A DNA stretch of 64,000 nucleotides, taken from assembly GCA_973851085.1 (NCBI GenBank), contig OZ316776.1, forward strand, positions 9,734,001-9,798,000, written 5' to 3'. Origin of the DNA: Ptychomitrium polyphyllum (Eukaryota). The position numbers and the translations under genes were made by a program. The first letter of the stretch is position 1. The number at the start of each line of letters is the position of its first letter. The notes below the pieces were generated by a model. That model was not told the DNA's origin. It was given only the letters and a program-made list of their open reading frames with translations, and searched no databases. Below, in pieces: positions 1 to 12,306 of the stretch.

Positions 1-1364
1 TTGTTTGCTGCTCCTTCCTCAAGGTTGCTGAAATACAAACCTACCCTAATGTGATAAACAGTGTGACTCCATTAATCCTGTGACGGGCTATTACATGCAT
101 GGCATCCAACATCACTGTATTATACAACATTGTACTTTGATTTTTTAAATACTATGCAAGGTTCAAAAATCCTAAAATAATTTTAGTAATACACTTTTGA
201 ATGGATTCGCTGTCCACAAAGATGATGCCAAAACTGAGGAAATTAGTAAAATGACAGTCTGTTCAGCCCTCTCCTACCATAGAGTTCAAATGCACAAAAT
301 ACTGAATCTCTTTGAAATAACAGGAGGTGCTTAAACATACCATGATACCACCGCTCACACCGGCCGTGGAACTATGGCGCAGGTGACTACGCGCTTGCTT
401 GCTCTCTAAATGTCTGTGGAAATACTAGCAATCCATTCAGAAATAGTCTGCACAGCCTCTCTACGTGTCTGTGAGCAGACAACTCAAACGCAAAATACAA
501 ATACCATCTCTCCAAATACAATGTCCCTTGGAGTCTCAACATCGACCTTCAGCCTAACTACAGTACCATATACGAAGCTGAACATCACCAAACTACGAGG
601 TTTCTTCATTTATCTGCAGGCAAGAGAGCTGTGAATTTCCCCATACGTATTCTAAACTCAATTTAGAGATTGAAGAGATTTCTTTTGAATAGGACATGCG
701 GAAGGAGACAAGTTTTACACTTGAACGCCTTATGTGCAAACCAGAGTTGTGGGGTAGGAAATATTCAGAATTTGATGGAAGGTGTGGTGTTCAAGACTTG
801 TAGACAGTGTTGAGTCTCAAGCTGCCATCGTGGCCAATATGCAAGTTGATCATGTAGTATGATCCTTCAATAGTTTTTCTCATGCGCTCATCAAACAGCT
901 ACTTCAACTAAAATATTAGTTACTGCTACCAGCTTGTTCATCTCAAAGTGGATTCTAGACTCTGTTGTGTGCCAGGAAACTGAGACAATTTTTTTGCCCT
1001 TACAGACAACAAGGGTTTGAATCACCAATATGGCCGCTAATAACGATGTAATTATGTGAACTTTTAAACTTGCTCAATTCATTTCAGCCTGTTGATAAAA
1101 GCTCTAGTACTCCAGCCTGGAGAACAGAGTGTTAGCTCGGTGTTCGTTGAATCTTTGTTTCCTCAAACAATCAACTATCAGAATACCTCCTTTGGTTTGC
1201 ATCCTAAAAACTTCGTAGCTCTTTCCTTCTTCTTTTCTTTTCCCTCCTTTTATCTTAATATATGAAACTGAAATTTTAACTTTTTAAGTTTAGACACTAA
1301 AAGAGACTTCTCTATCTCATTTCCTGTATTAATCTGTCCATCACGTTGATTGCAGATTTTCAGG

Positions 1365-1994
1365 ATGTGTCCCGGTAATGTGCAAAACAACCTCTTTAAT
1401 TTACCAGAACGACCCAATCAGAGGGTAAGTCAACATGACCAAGTCTGATTAACTTTTCAGGTGTAATCAGGAAATTGCCCAAAACATCTCAACCTTGTCC
1501 TTGGTACATGTCCAGAATTGTCTTGAAGTCTATATATCAGTGCGTGACTAGGGATAAAATTATAATTGCCAGGTCTGTCATTGATTACTAATTACTCTTA
1601 TTTATTACAATTGGACACAGATCGAAGTGACGCTTCGTCTCCAGAGAAACATTGCAGTTCTAAGCGACTTGAAGAGCTGCCTCCAACGAAATAACATGAG
1701 TAAACGTTACTTATTTTCTTCACCTGACATTGACCTCTTGAAATTTGGTTGAGGCAAATCAACTTTATGTCAATTTTAACAGTTCAAGTTGATTTTAAGG
1801 TAACATGGAATAATTGTTGTGCAGGAGTGCATGTAGTTAGTGACAACGAAATCATTGTCACGGGGACTCCTCCTGAATTTGGATTTGACGTTCTGGAAGA
1901 GGTGAGGAGACACGACACTGGTGCAAAAATGCTTTCAAACAGGATCCTAAGTAACTAGAATAAACTTCCTGTGCAGCTTCGAGCACTGTGCTAA
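1365..1994 (+). CDS. Small 4-exon gene encoding a 77-aa protein (MCPGNVQNNLFNLPERPNQR-IEVTLRLQRNIAVLSDLKSCLQRNNM-RVHVVSDNEIIVTGTPPEFGFDVLEE-LRALC*); possibly a degenerate HMA-like fold; may have upstream exons
   Basis: Hand-spliced exons 1365-1424, 1621-1699, 1825-1901 and 1977-1994. All introns are GT..AG (gtaagt/acag, gtaaac/gcag, gtgagg/gcag) with consistent phases 0, 1, 0 and no internal stop. Confidence 0.55.
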
Positions 1995-2229
1995 CGGTCT
2001 TCACAAACACCCCCAATAATTCTAAATCTTTCTCCTCTTATATTGGTTCTTAATGAAACACAAAATGTGTTCAATATACACACAACTACTGCTAAACTCC
2101 ATTTGTCTCCACTAGTCTTGTGAACACAAGACATCCCGTCCATAAGCTAGGCCTCTAATTATGTTGATTGTGTTGTAGCCACCATCAGTACACAACAATG
2201 AACATAGATCTCTACAGGTGTTAGCATGA

Positions 2230-5200
2230 TTAATGTTCAGCAATATCAATTGTAACTGTTGGTTTCTTTGTACCTAGACATTCAAGCTGGTTCTGATTGA
2301 GTTGAGATTGTTGCATATGTTACATCAAAATGGGAAATGTCATTGCGTGAGCAAAACCTTTCCTAAATTTATGTTAGCTTTAGAGTAAGCTTTAGAGTAG
2401 AAGAAACGCCATTGATTGTCGATGACCTTGGATTTTATAAATTTTATAATTGCAATGGAAACGAAATGTAAGACCATGAAAAAATCATCAATTTTTGAGT
2501 TGCACTTAATTCTGTGGATACATGTACTAAGTTTCTAATATGTTAGCTTAGATTCTCATGGGTACAATTCTCTCAATCTTGTGGATTTCAAGAAATGTCA
2601 ATACTATGAAATTAATTTTAGAATTTTAGTTGTCCAAATCACTTACTTGAAAGTTGATGCAAAACACATCCAATGCCAATTTCTATATGTCTTCATTAGT
2701 TCTAAAGTGGATCCATCAATTTGATTGAAGTTAAAACTCTTCGTGCCAAGAATAATCAACAATTTTGATGTAGTATGAATTTGTAATGAAAAAGATCCAA
2801 TAATTGAAAACATTTTCTACTTTTGAGTCATTTCCATTAAGAGGCCGACTTGTTATCCCAAGAGGTTTTGCAAAACACATCCACATTCCTTGCATCATTA
2901 GTAAATAGAATCTATAATTTGCATATAACTTAAATTCTTAATGCAATTTTTTTAAATAATTAGCATATTAGAAGTGACAAAGAACATGAATTAAGCAAGA
3001 TACAATAGTTGAATATTGAATCCATTTTTAATTCTATGCTTTTGTTAGAATGCCGACCAACTTATTTTAAAAGGATTTATCAAATAATGACTATACTCTT
3101 CAAATGACCATCTTTAGTACAAAGTATTAATGGCAATTTGCTTGTTAAAGTAACTCTTAAAACTAAGAGTTTGATTTTTTTAATGATACTTCTATCAAAT
3201 ATGAAATTAACCACAATACGGACCAAAGTATCCATTGTTACTAATGCATTCAATTACTTGCATAAGAAAGCTCTTACAACAACAAATTTTATTTCAAAAC
3301 TTAATATATTTAAATGAAAACAAAATCCAACTCCAAGAAGAATTTTATTATAATAATAAACAATAAATTTCAACTTCTATAATTGGAACTTAACATACCT
3401 TTTTCAACTTAAAATATTACTAACTCTCAAAATTGCTATCAATTATAGCATAATCATTAATAAATTTCAAAATTGTAAAATATTCCTTACATCTATCTTT
3501 CAAAGAAAAAGATGGTTGTTTAAGCTCTACCAACATATTGACCTCTATATAATTAGAAAGCCTAAATGATATCAAAAGAGCTGCAAATAAATATCAATGC
3601 CAATGAAAGGTTCAATTTATTATTTGCCTAAATCAAAAGACAAAGTAATATTAGCAATGAATATTAATAAGTAGTCATTAAAATTGTGTAGCCAAAATGA
3701 TATAAAGCATGACCTACTTACTATATTTCATCCAATTTAGTCAAGTAATAATTGATTCTAGCCCTTCTTTATTGTCATCAATTGTAATTGCCAATGGTGT
3801 GATGCTCTTTTATGCCAAATTGGCCATTAGAAGTTATAGTATGGCATTGCAAATGGTTGTGTTATTTTCTATGAAAAACTTACAGGCTTTCATTAATGCC
3901 TTTGCAAAGCAACAAAACAGACATTAGATTGACTTTTTTGACAAAACAAAAGCAAAAGAGCAAACAAAAAAAAAATGTATAAAAGTGTACATGTAGGAGC
4001 ATTGTAGTCAAAGGACAAAGTTCTAAGACCAAGTGAATGCTTCAATAAAGTAATGAAATAGAGCAAAATTCTTCATTTTTATTTTCTTCTAAGCAATATT
4101 TGCATTCATCAATTGCATGTCTTTTGGAACGTAGTTGTAAACAATGTTATCACTTAAAAATTTGACAGTCAAGTTTAAAAGCACCTTATTGTTTTAAAGT
4201 TTGAATTTCAAACTTCAAGTCTTGTCATTTCTAACCACATGGAGAATTCTAAATTGCAATGTTTGCATCTAAATATGGTAATTATAAGTAGAAAGGAAGA
4301 GCAAATAAAAACTTAAATGAAAACCAAAACAAGACCAAACAACACTTGGAGAAATGAAAGACATACTCAACAAGGTGGATTTTATATAGGAATAATTTGG
4401 AAGTAGTTGACTTCTAGGCATTCATAAAAAATTTTAAAGCCATATCTATCTAGGTAGCTCCAAATCTTATGCTTGTCTTCAATGTCATCCACAAAAAATA
4501 ACCATTGTTATATTGTTGTAAAGGAAAATTAAAGCAAAATCAAATGTGTCCTTTAGAAGCATATGAAGAATGTCATTTATTTAAGAATAGAACAAAAAAG
4601 TTAAAAATTTTGGAAAGTAAAAGATCCATCTATAAGAAGAATCTATCCATCTCCATCACTTCCGAGGTTATAGACAATAAAACGACCTTATGACAACATC
4701 TAAAGAGATATCAAATGTATGTTGCAAAAATTAAACAAAAAAAAAGCTTTCTATAACCCTTTAAATACTTTATAACATTTACTAGCAAGACACTTGATTG
4801 ACTTGACCAACCAAAATTATAAGAGCATTTTTAAAACTAACAATAGATGACCATGTCTTTTGTAAATGATTAGGCCTTTCTAAAGATCATGTTGTATTGG
4901 AGACCAAGTACTATAGTTATACAATGTTCTAAAGCATACCTAAATCTAGCCTTTACAACCACTTATGCCTTTAGTTGCCTTGACCTTTTGCTTTAAGAAT
5001 TTGGCAAAATGCAATCTGGACCAGCATTCCAATTGATAGAAGACACATTCAAATTCATATGATCATATAAAGCTATTTTTTGAGTTTTGATTTGTATCAA
5101 AGTGGAAACTACAAATCTTTGAGTAGCTAGGTTTTTACATCAATTCAAAGCTACTCCACCTATAAGAAAAGTCTATTCAATATATATAATCATTTTGTTC

Positions 5201-6004
5201 CAACCAATTAATATGAAAACTCGTGGTTTGTGAAGAATGATGGATATGAAGATAGAATAAGCTAATATCAATACATATGCTTTGAAAAATACCAAAGCAG
5301 CATTTTGGAGAAAGCAAGCACTTTGTTGCCAACTAAATTAGTTGTTTCCAAATAATTTACAATCCTAAATTAGATCTTAATTTACTCCATGCTTAAATAT
5401 TTAAAATTTTGTTAAGCCCAAAAATAACTCTTCAAGCAATAAGACTTGTATAATTGAATTATGAATACTCAAATAAAAATTTCTATAATTCTAATAATAT
5501 AATAAGATTTGCATATTTTAAATGTGAATTTCATATTAAAGGATATTTTTAATCTTGGCACTGCTTATAATTTTTGGCTTATAAGCAATTGCTCACTCCT
5601 CATTGCTTACAACTATTAGAGATTAATTACCAATCAATAGCTTGGATTGGAAACTTCCGCAAAATTAAAACAAATTAGTAATTAGTGGCGGTTAGAATTA
5701 GGTCAATTGTATAGTTATAAATAGTTTCATCTAAGTATATATAAATAGTAGCCGCCTTAGAAGCAACATGCATTTTTTTTATTAACACTTGTTGAGAGTT
5801 GTTTCATTTCTTGTACATTTTTTTTGTAAATATATTTTTTTGTATCATTTTAAAGTCTTTTCTTGTTTGAATTGATTTTAAATGTAAATTTGAATAAACA
5901 CAAGATCTAAGAGTTGTACTAGAAGATTTTCCAAGTATTCAATGGTAAAAACTACTATTTTATTTTGTTAAATATTGTTGAGTCACTTATTGAGTGATGT
6001 TACA
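2230..6004. mobile_element. Highly degenerate LTR-retrotransposon remnant ending in an LTR-like segment (~5547-6004)
   Basis: Long AT-rich, CpG-poor stretch with no sustained ORF. The terminal segment follows a purine-rich tract (ttaaaggata), contains TATATAAA-like and AATAAA signals, and ends ...gatgttaCA. No protein domain is recognisable. Confidence 0.35.
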
Positions 6005-7593
6005 ACCAATTGCTAGAAATCTATCCAAAGAGATATTTTCTATACAAAATAATAGCAAGCACTCACCTTTTTTTCATGTAGTCTTGTCATTGATATCAAA
6101 AGCTAATGCCAATATGTTATTATAAACAATCCATGCTAACTTTTTTAAGAAGGTTGTTTCAAAAGTATAGGATGGACTTAGAATTTTGAAAGGAGTAAAT
6201 GTATAAGCCCCTGTTTCAAAGACAAATATAGAATCCACAATATTAATCTAATCCTATCTAGGGATTGCAAAAGCTTCTTTCATATGTAACCATTTATAGG
6301 CTTAAGAAGCTAACTAATCCAAAAAGTACTTATTTTCATATTGAAACCTCAATATTTGAATTGAGATCAACTTAGTACTTGTATCCAAGTCTCATTTTAG
6401 AAATTACATATTTTTATTTCATGTCTACCTACATTCTATGAATAGAAAAGAAACAAAACAATTTGCACATAGAATGCTAAACCTAGACGCATTAACTATG
6501 TCCATACATTGAACTTGGACCAATGTAGATGCAAAGTATAGAAAACATGAATTCTCCAATCATGGTTAGTATAAGACTATTCAAGAGAATAGATAAAACA
6601 AGTAGAGAATTGTCTATTCATATTTTATTATATAGCTTGTGAGCATTGACTGCATGGATGGATGAAGGTAGACTTTGCGCTTGCCAATCTACTAATCCTT
6701 GTGTGTATGTAGGCAAAGATCTTTGTACAATAAAAAAACACCTAAACATATTTGAAGTGTATTCATTTACTTACAAAAAAGTTTGTAAAACATGTTTATC
6801 ATGTTTGTCCGGTCCCACTTCAATGGATAAAGTTTACCCCACCAACCAATCTAGTCAAGCTCGATCTAGATTAATAGAGATCGAACCAAGTTGTGAAGAG
6901 AAGAAGCTCCCATACAAAAATTCTGCTAACACTTGCTAATAATTTGACCAAAACCATTGATCAAAGCAGTCGCGCTTGCTTATCTCCACTCTTATACATT
7001 GGCAATTTCAATGCACTAGGTTTGCCTGCCAGGTCCGCGGTTTCAGAGCGTCCGCATCGCAGCCATCTAACAGACTTTTCATAACTTTCACACTGCCTTC
7101 CTTCTTTCATCTAGTGGCTTGTATGTACTTCTTTGTTGGAGAAATTTGCATGTTCTAGACTAGTGAAAGTCTTCCTTTTCAGATCTGACAGGTGTAGACG
7201 ACCTCTTTCTCCGGAAGAGGTTGATATTGTTCCATTACCGTCTGCTTCGAGGATATCAAAATTCTGAAACTTTCTGTTCAGTCAATAGCCCAACCACTCA
7301 AAAAGCCTTGGCAATGTTTCTCAATAAATTGATGCATTTCCGCCTGATTCAGCTTTTGCAAGCCATTATCAGCCTGACACTCACTGCACAACAGACACTA
7401 TAGAATGCTTCCTAATCATCAAAAAGACAAAATTATAGTAGATCTAGCCTTCAATATTATTTTTCACCAATACTATAAAGGTAAATAAAATTGAAGGTTT
7501 AACACTAGGATTTTACTCACTATAGAGTATTCAAGGACAAAATGTGATTAGTTAAGGTAAGAGCTAAGCACTTCAAAAGGATCAACACACTAA

Positions 7594-8070
7594 TGTAGGA
7601 TTGTCTTATTAGATGGACATGGCACAAAAGTGGCCTTTTATGGACAAGTTCACCTTAATTAATAGGGCAGTCAAATACGTGTAAAATAATAAATTTGGTT
7701 AAATTCTATTATTTATGATTCACTTCTAATTATTAATACCTAGTGACATGGTGGAAGGAATTATGGCATAAAATTCCATAAAAAAAATATTCAAGCATAA
7801 GAATTTCTTTGACTACACATAAGTTTTAAAGGACTGGCATGGGCGTGTCAAAAAGGGTGGATGCCTTTTAGTAGGTGCCTTATTGTGTATATATCCTTTA
7901 ACCTCTTACAAGCACTTTCATTGGATATTTGTGCTTTCTTGGGTGTTGCCTAGAGGAACTTAGATGGACCTTTAGGCTAAGCATAGGCCTACCAAGCTTG
8001 GTGTGGGTTTCAATGAAAGTTGCTACCTAAACTAAGTATGAAATCTCCTATAGTAAGCACGGCCCCTTCA
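7594..8070. mobile_element. Solo LTR (~477 bp)
   Basis: Begins TGTAGG and ends CCTTCA (imperfect inverted ends, TG...CA). Flanked by direct repeat CTAA at 7590-7593 and 8071-8074. Has an internal TATATA box. Confidence 0.55.
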
Positions 8071-8587
8071 CTAAGGTGGATGGAATTCAAATCCCATAAA
8101 TGTAATTAATTTTTGCGTTCTTTTAAAAAACATCTTAAATTCTAATGTTACTCGTTAAATCCTTTTAATTTAATAAATTATTGTAATCTAACTATGAATA
8201 AATGTTCATCATGATGGAATTAACTTTCCATTTGTTTTCTAAATATATTTTCATTTCAAATCCTAAATATCTTAAATGAATTAAATCACATACATAATGA
8301 TAATGGAAGCAGAGTAGCATTTAAAAACTATTTTCAAACAATACTACATTGTAAACAACTACCATTACCGACACACAATTTGATATATCACAATTTATTT
8401 GGAGTGTCCAACAATCTTCTGCGCATTTCTCAAAATCTATAAATGGAAATAATAATAATAAATAAAAAAATACCATAAGATAATCTAACCGCGAGTAATC
8501 TCAAAATGTTATCATAATATTAACTAAGGCACTAACTTATGTGCACCGCTAATAATTTTCTTCGAGCGCTAAATATCCTATTCATTA

Positions 8588-8657
8588 TATGCTATGACAG
8601 CAATAGGATCTTGTTAACATTATGCTATGACAGCAATAGGATCTTGTTAACATTATG
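8588..8657. repeat. Perfect tandem duplication of a 33-bp unit (tatgctatgacagcaataggatcttgttaacat)
   Basis: Two identical copies start at 8588 and 8621, followed by a partial third. Confidence 0.9.
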
Positions 8658-8710
8658 TTGGTAACGTTATGCCACAAGATTACTAATGTGCTAACAAAAA
8701 CGCACTCTTC

Positions 8711-10137
8711 CTAGTTTGTAGAATAACAATTACCGCTATCATCCCCTCCAGGGCCACCGAGGTGGAACTTAAAGACTCCCGGAACTTGTGTCCTTATAAG
8801 TGGCAGTAACAATAACAATATCAATAACAATATCAATATCAATATCAATATCAATATCAATATCAATATCATAGCAAAGCGGCTTGGCCACTACCTTACC
8901 CAGCGTGGAGAGCAGGGGAGAGGTGCAAGTTCCTGATGTATCTGGATAGGTAATCTCGTAGTATGCAGCCCCAGGATAGCCAGCACTCGGAAATGCACGA
9001 AAGCCCACTGTAGTTTTCGAATGAGTAGTGGTACTAGCATTGGTATAAAACATTGCTTCACCTCCCCACTCCACCTCTTGGGCAGTTCCCATCAGTCCAC
9101 CATTAAAAATAGAATCTGGCCGATACTTGATCTCAATGTTATCAAGAGCCAAATACCAGTTGGAGTCAGTTGGTTCATAGAGCGCTGCAACATCCAGTTT
9201 GGACTCGGTTGAAGCATTCTGAGCAAGAGTAGTGAAAGATGGCATAGCTCCACCAATCACCCACGTTTTGTCGGTTTGGACAAACCCTGCGCACTTCTGA
9301 ACATTGCAGCATGATCCTGGCCCACTTGATATGTAATTATCGTTGGTCCAGAAGGTGAACAGATGTGGAGCAGTAGGATCTCCTTCATTCAAGCTTTGGT
9401 GAAAGGAAGGGAACCTTTGCCAGCCCACTTCAATTGTACTAAACGTAGCATCAGTCCTTGGACCATCCGATATCCACATCTGGGAAAGGCTAAAGTCTTG
9501 AGCAGGATCCTGTAGTTCAGGTCCGTTAATACTGAGAGTAGTGTGAGCTCCAGTGTAAGTGTTAGGTAGATTTGGCGTATGTGCTACAGCATGCTCGTGG
9601 ATTTCTGATGTTTCTGATGCATCTGCTAATCCCCGTCCATGGGACGTTGAAGTTTCTGTTGCTTGTGTGCATAGTGGGCTCCCTTTCTTTTGTAGCTGAC
9701 TGAAGGGGTCGTTTCTCAAGATAGGAATAGATCACTTAGGGCAGCCTCCATGCTCCCGTGCAAAGAGTTGAGGATGAAGCTTAGAACTTCGTGCCTGGTG
9801 ATACGATCTGCGTGGTGAAGATGACTTCATCCGGATGATGTGGTCCTTGAGAGCTGGGTGGTGGGCTGCAATTTGTCCTTCAATTGGGATGCAATCAACC
9901 CAACTGCCATCTGAAACCAAGAAAGACTTCACCGCTGGAGCGTGGCGTGGCCTGTTGGTGCAGTCACGAAATGCTTGGAGTCGTCTTTGTTTGTGAAGCA
10001 GAATGCTGCAACTTTCTGACTGCCGAGTTCAATCTACGATCAGGAGCACCTGAACACACAAGTATAGACCAAAATGTCCATGTGACCAAGGGACGCGGTC
10101 CCAGGTTCCCTGATCCAGAAGGTGCAGTGAATACCAT
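8711..10137 (-). pseudogene. Neprosin (DUF239) glutamic peptidase with activation propeptide (DUF4409/Neprosin_AP); intronless and disrupted
   Basis: Propeptide motif VKSF..DG..VDCIPIEGQIAAHHPALKDH. Catalytic-domain motifs FSLSQMWI, TIEVGWQ, LFTFWTNDNY, C.GFVQT, EWGGE and CYDI, plus terminal GGPGG. Lesions: in-frame TGA at 9732-9734 (CPK*SIPILR), a frameshift near 8770 before FKFHLGGPGG...STN*, and a frameshift/stop near 9960-10030. Confidence 0.85.
8807..8871. repeat. (AATATC)n hexamer microsatellite inside the neprosin coding region, encoding DIDIDI...
   Basis: About 7 perfect AATATC units plus AATAAC variants, read directly from the sequence. Confidence 0.9.
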
Positions 10138-12306
10138 CTCTCTACACGTTCACTCCAATGAAGGAGTAAAATATGCTTACCAGTTAGAATGGCTCACTGC
10201 ACGATCTGTCTCAAGATAGTAGGTGCTAGTCCTATAAGTGTATTTTGCAACCTCACAACTGAGCCTATACTATTGTTGTAAACTGAATGACCTCTGGTAC
10301 AACACAACAACACTTCGGTGTCCAGATTCTCTCTTGTCTCAGAATTACAGGCAGGACTGCTTGCTCTAATACCCCTGTTCGTGACTCACCAAATCAACTT
10401 CCGATCAGAGAAAAAACTTGTAGTGCGATGAATCCAGGACCAGTATACTAATAAGACATAACGTAAGGGTCAATTCAGCTGGTATATGGTAAACTTGGAT
10501 GAGAAGGGCACGGAAAGCGACATTCAGAAGAACGTTTTCATTTATTTCACCGAAAAGGCAAGGAAGTTGCCCTTCAAGACAGTTTAAGACGCGTCGATGA
10601 ACCGATTTAGGATTCGTGATTGATGTACCAGTACTTACCAATATTGCAAGAGGGTGCCATGATGGGGAGAGGAGTCTGGGAGGGATGATGGGACCCCTCC
10701 CAAGGTACTGAGAGAATATAAATTCAACTTTGGATATTGTAGAAGTTCACTATATCTATAGACAAACTCATAGTCAAGGGCGCCGTACACGTGAACGCTA
10801 ACGTATATTGCTACCGCCGATCAGGTCATGAACAGTGCTGCTCCAACAGAACATGAATCATGACCCTTACATTCGTCATGATAGTCAGAAGCTGAGGAAA
10901 TTTGAAAATGTTCTCCTTGACAGATGTCTTAAAAGTCTGTGAATTAAGTGGAAGCTTTTGAGAACGAGAGTATACTATTGATAGCGTTGGGAGTGGAGTT
11001 TAGTTTCTAGCCTCTTATTGCAACTGATTTCTTGCAAGTAAATAGTCTACAGTGTGCTAAACCTGATCATTTTACAAAACCATAACACAACTTGCAAGTG
11101 TCAAGCATTCTGTTGACAGAGTACGTTATGAAAGTAACAATCAAGAACCTACAAACGTTTTACATTCATATCAAGTATTATCAGGTGGCCACTATCTGGC
11201 AAATAATGTCTCGTGATATTCCTAGATACACTAGTACTGTTGCATAACGCTAATCATAGCTTATCCGAAGTTGGGTGGCCATACCTAACATCGAACTCGC
11301 ACTAGGAAGAAATAAGAAACTAAATTGAAAAATACATAGGCAAACCCGTACCTAGTTGACAAGCGCTAAAATTTCTAAAGTTCCCTTCTTATTCACATTT
11401 CACTCTCCTAAACTAAACTCAATGCCCGAGGAGATCTAAGCTCCAAGATAGGATTTGTCAAGAAACATTGCTTTAAGAAAAAGTTGTTTGAAGTTTAATT
11501 TAGTTCTAACCTTGCTAGCTCTGGCGTACTAACTCTTCTCCCATCTTGCCCCATAGTAGTAAATGAAGAGTTGATGACGATAGGATTGTGAGAATTGAAA
11601 TTTTGAATCAGTCTTTCACTGAGTTTCTTGAAGAGTGCCATGCAGAGTGTGTAGCGTCTGCCAATCTTCTTCGACCTGTTTTGATGTTTCATCCCAACAA
11701 ATATTAGAAAGGAAGGAAAAATAGTTGCCATAATATATTCTACACATTCAAGCACGCCAGTCGACCAAACGGAAACACGGGAGAAGCTTTCGAAGTGCCA
11801 GAGGACCACCAAAAAACATGATAAGATTGTTTGTCTATAAGAGACAAAATTCCTTCAAGTTTAACAGTCTCATTGATACACAGCTTGACTGTCACCACCG
11901 GGGGTCGACATAAGGCGAGGGCAAATAGCTCTTGGGACGAAAGCAGCTATCGTCGCTTAAGAAATTCATTTCATTACTTGCATAAATTTCACTGTAATTT
12001 GGGCCCATCTCCTCAAGAGGCTGACGTCGACGATGCGAATCGTCGAAAACAAATCCTGTTTTAAGAATATTCAAGCAACCCAAATGAATCCACGTCAGGA
12101 ACAAGATGTACAATTCACGAAACAGAGCAACTTGATTCAGACTTAATTTAGCATTTCTTTTTCTTAAGTTATTTTTTGAGGAAGAAATGGATCGTAAATT
12201 ACATTAAGAAAGTGATATATAATATTTCTCAGGATGATTGCCTACAAGGAGCTGCGTCTGGGCTGGGGTGAGGATTCTGTAGTTCAATCATTCATGAACT
12301 ACATAT

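Noticed and set aside
1..1130. Gene-like sequence at the window start
   Set aside because: The frames I tried contain stops and show no identifiable family. It may be UTR or a relic, but this cannot be supported.
8588..8657. 33-bp direct repeats as a CRISPR array
   Set aside because: The copies are contiguous, with no spacer and no cas genes.
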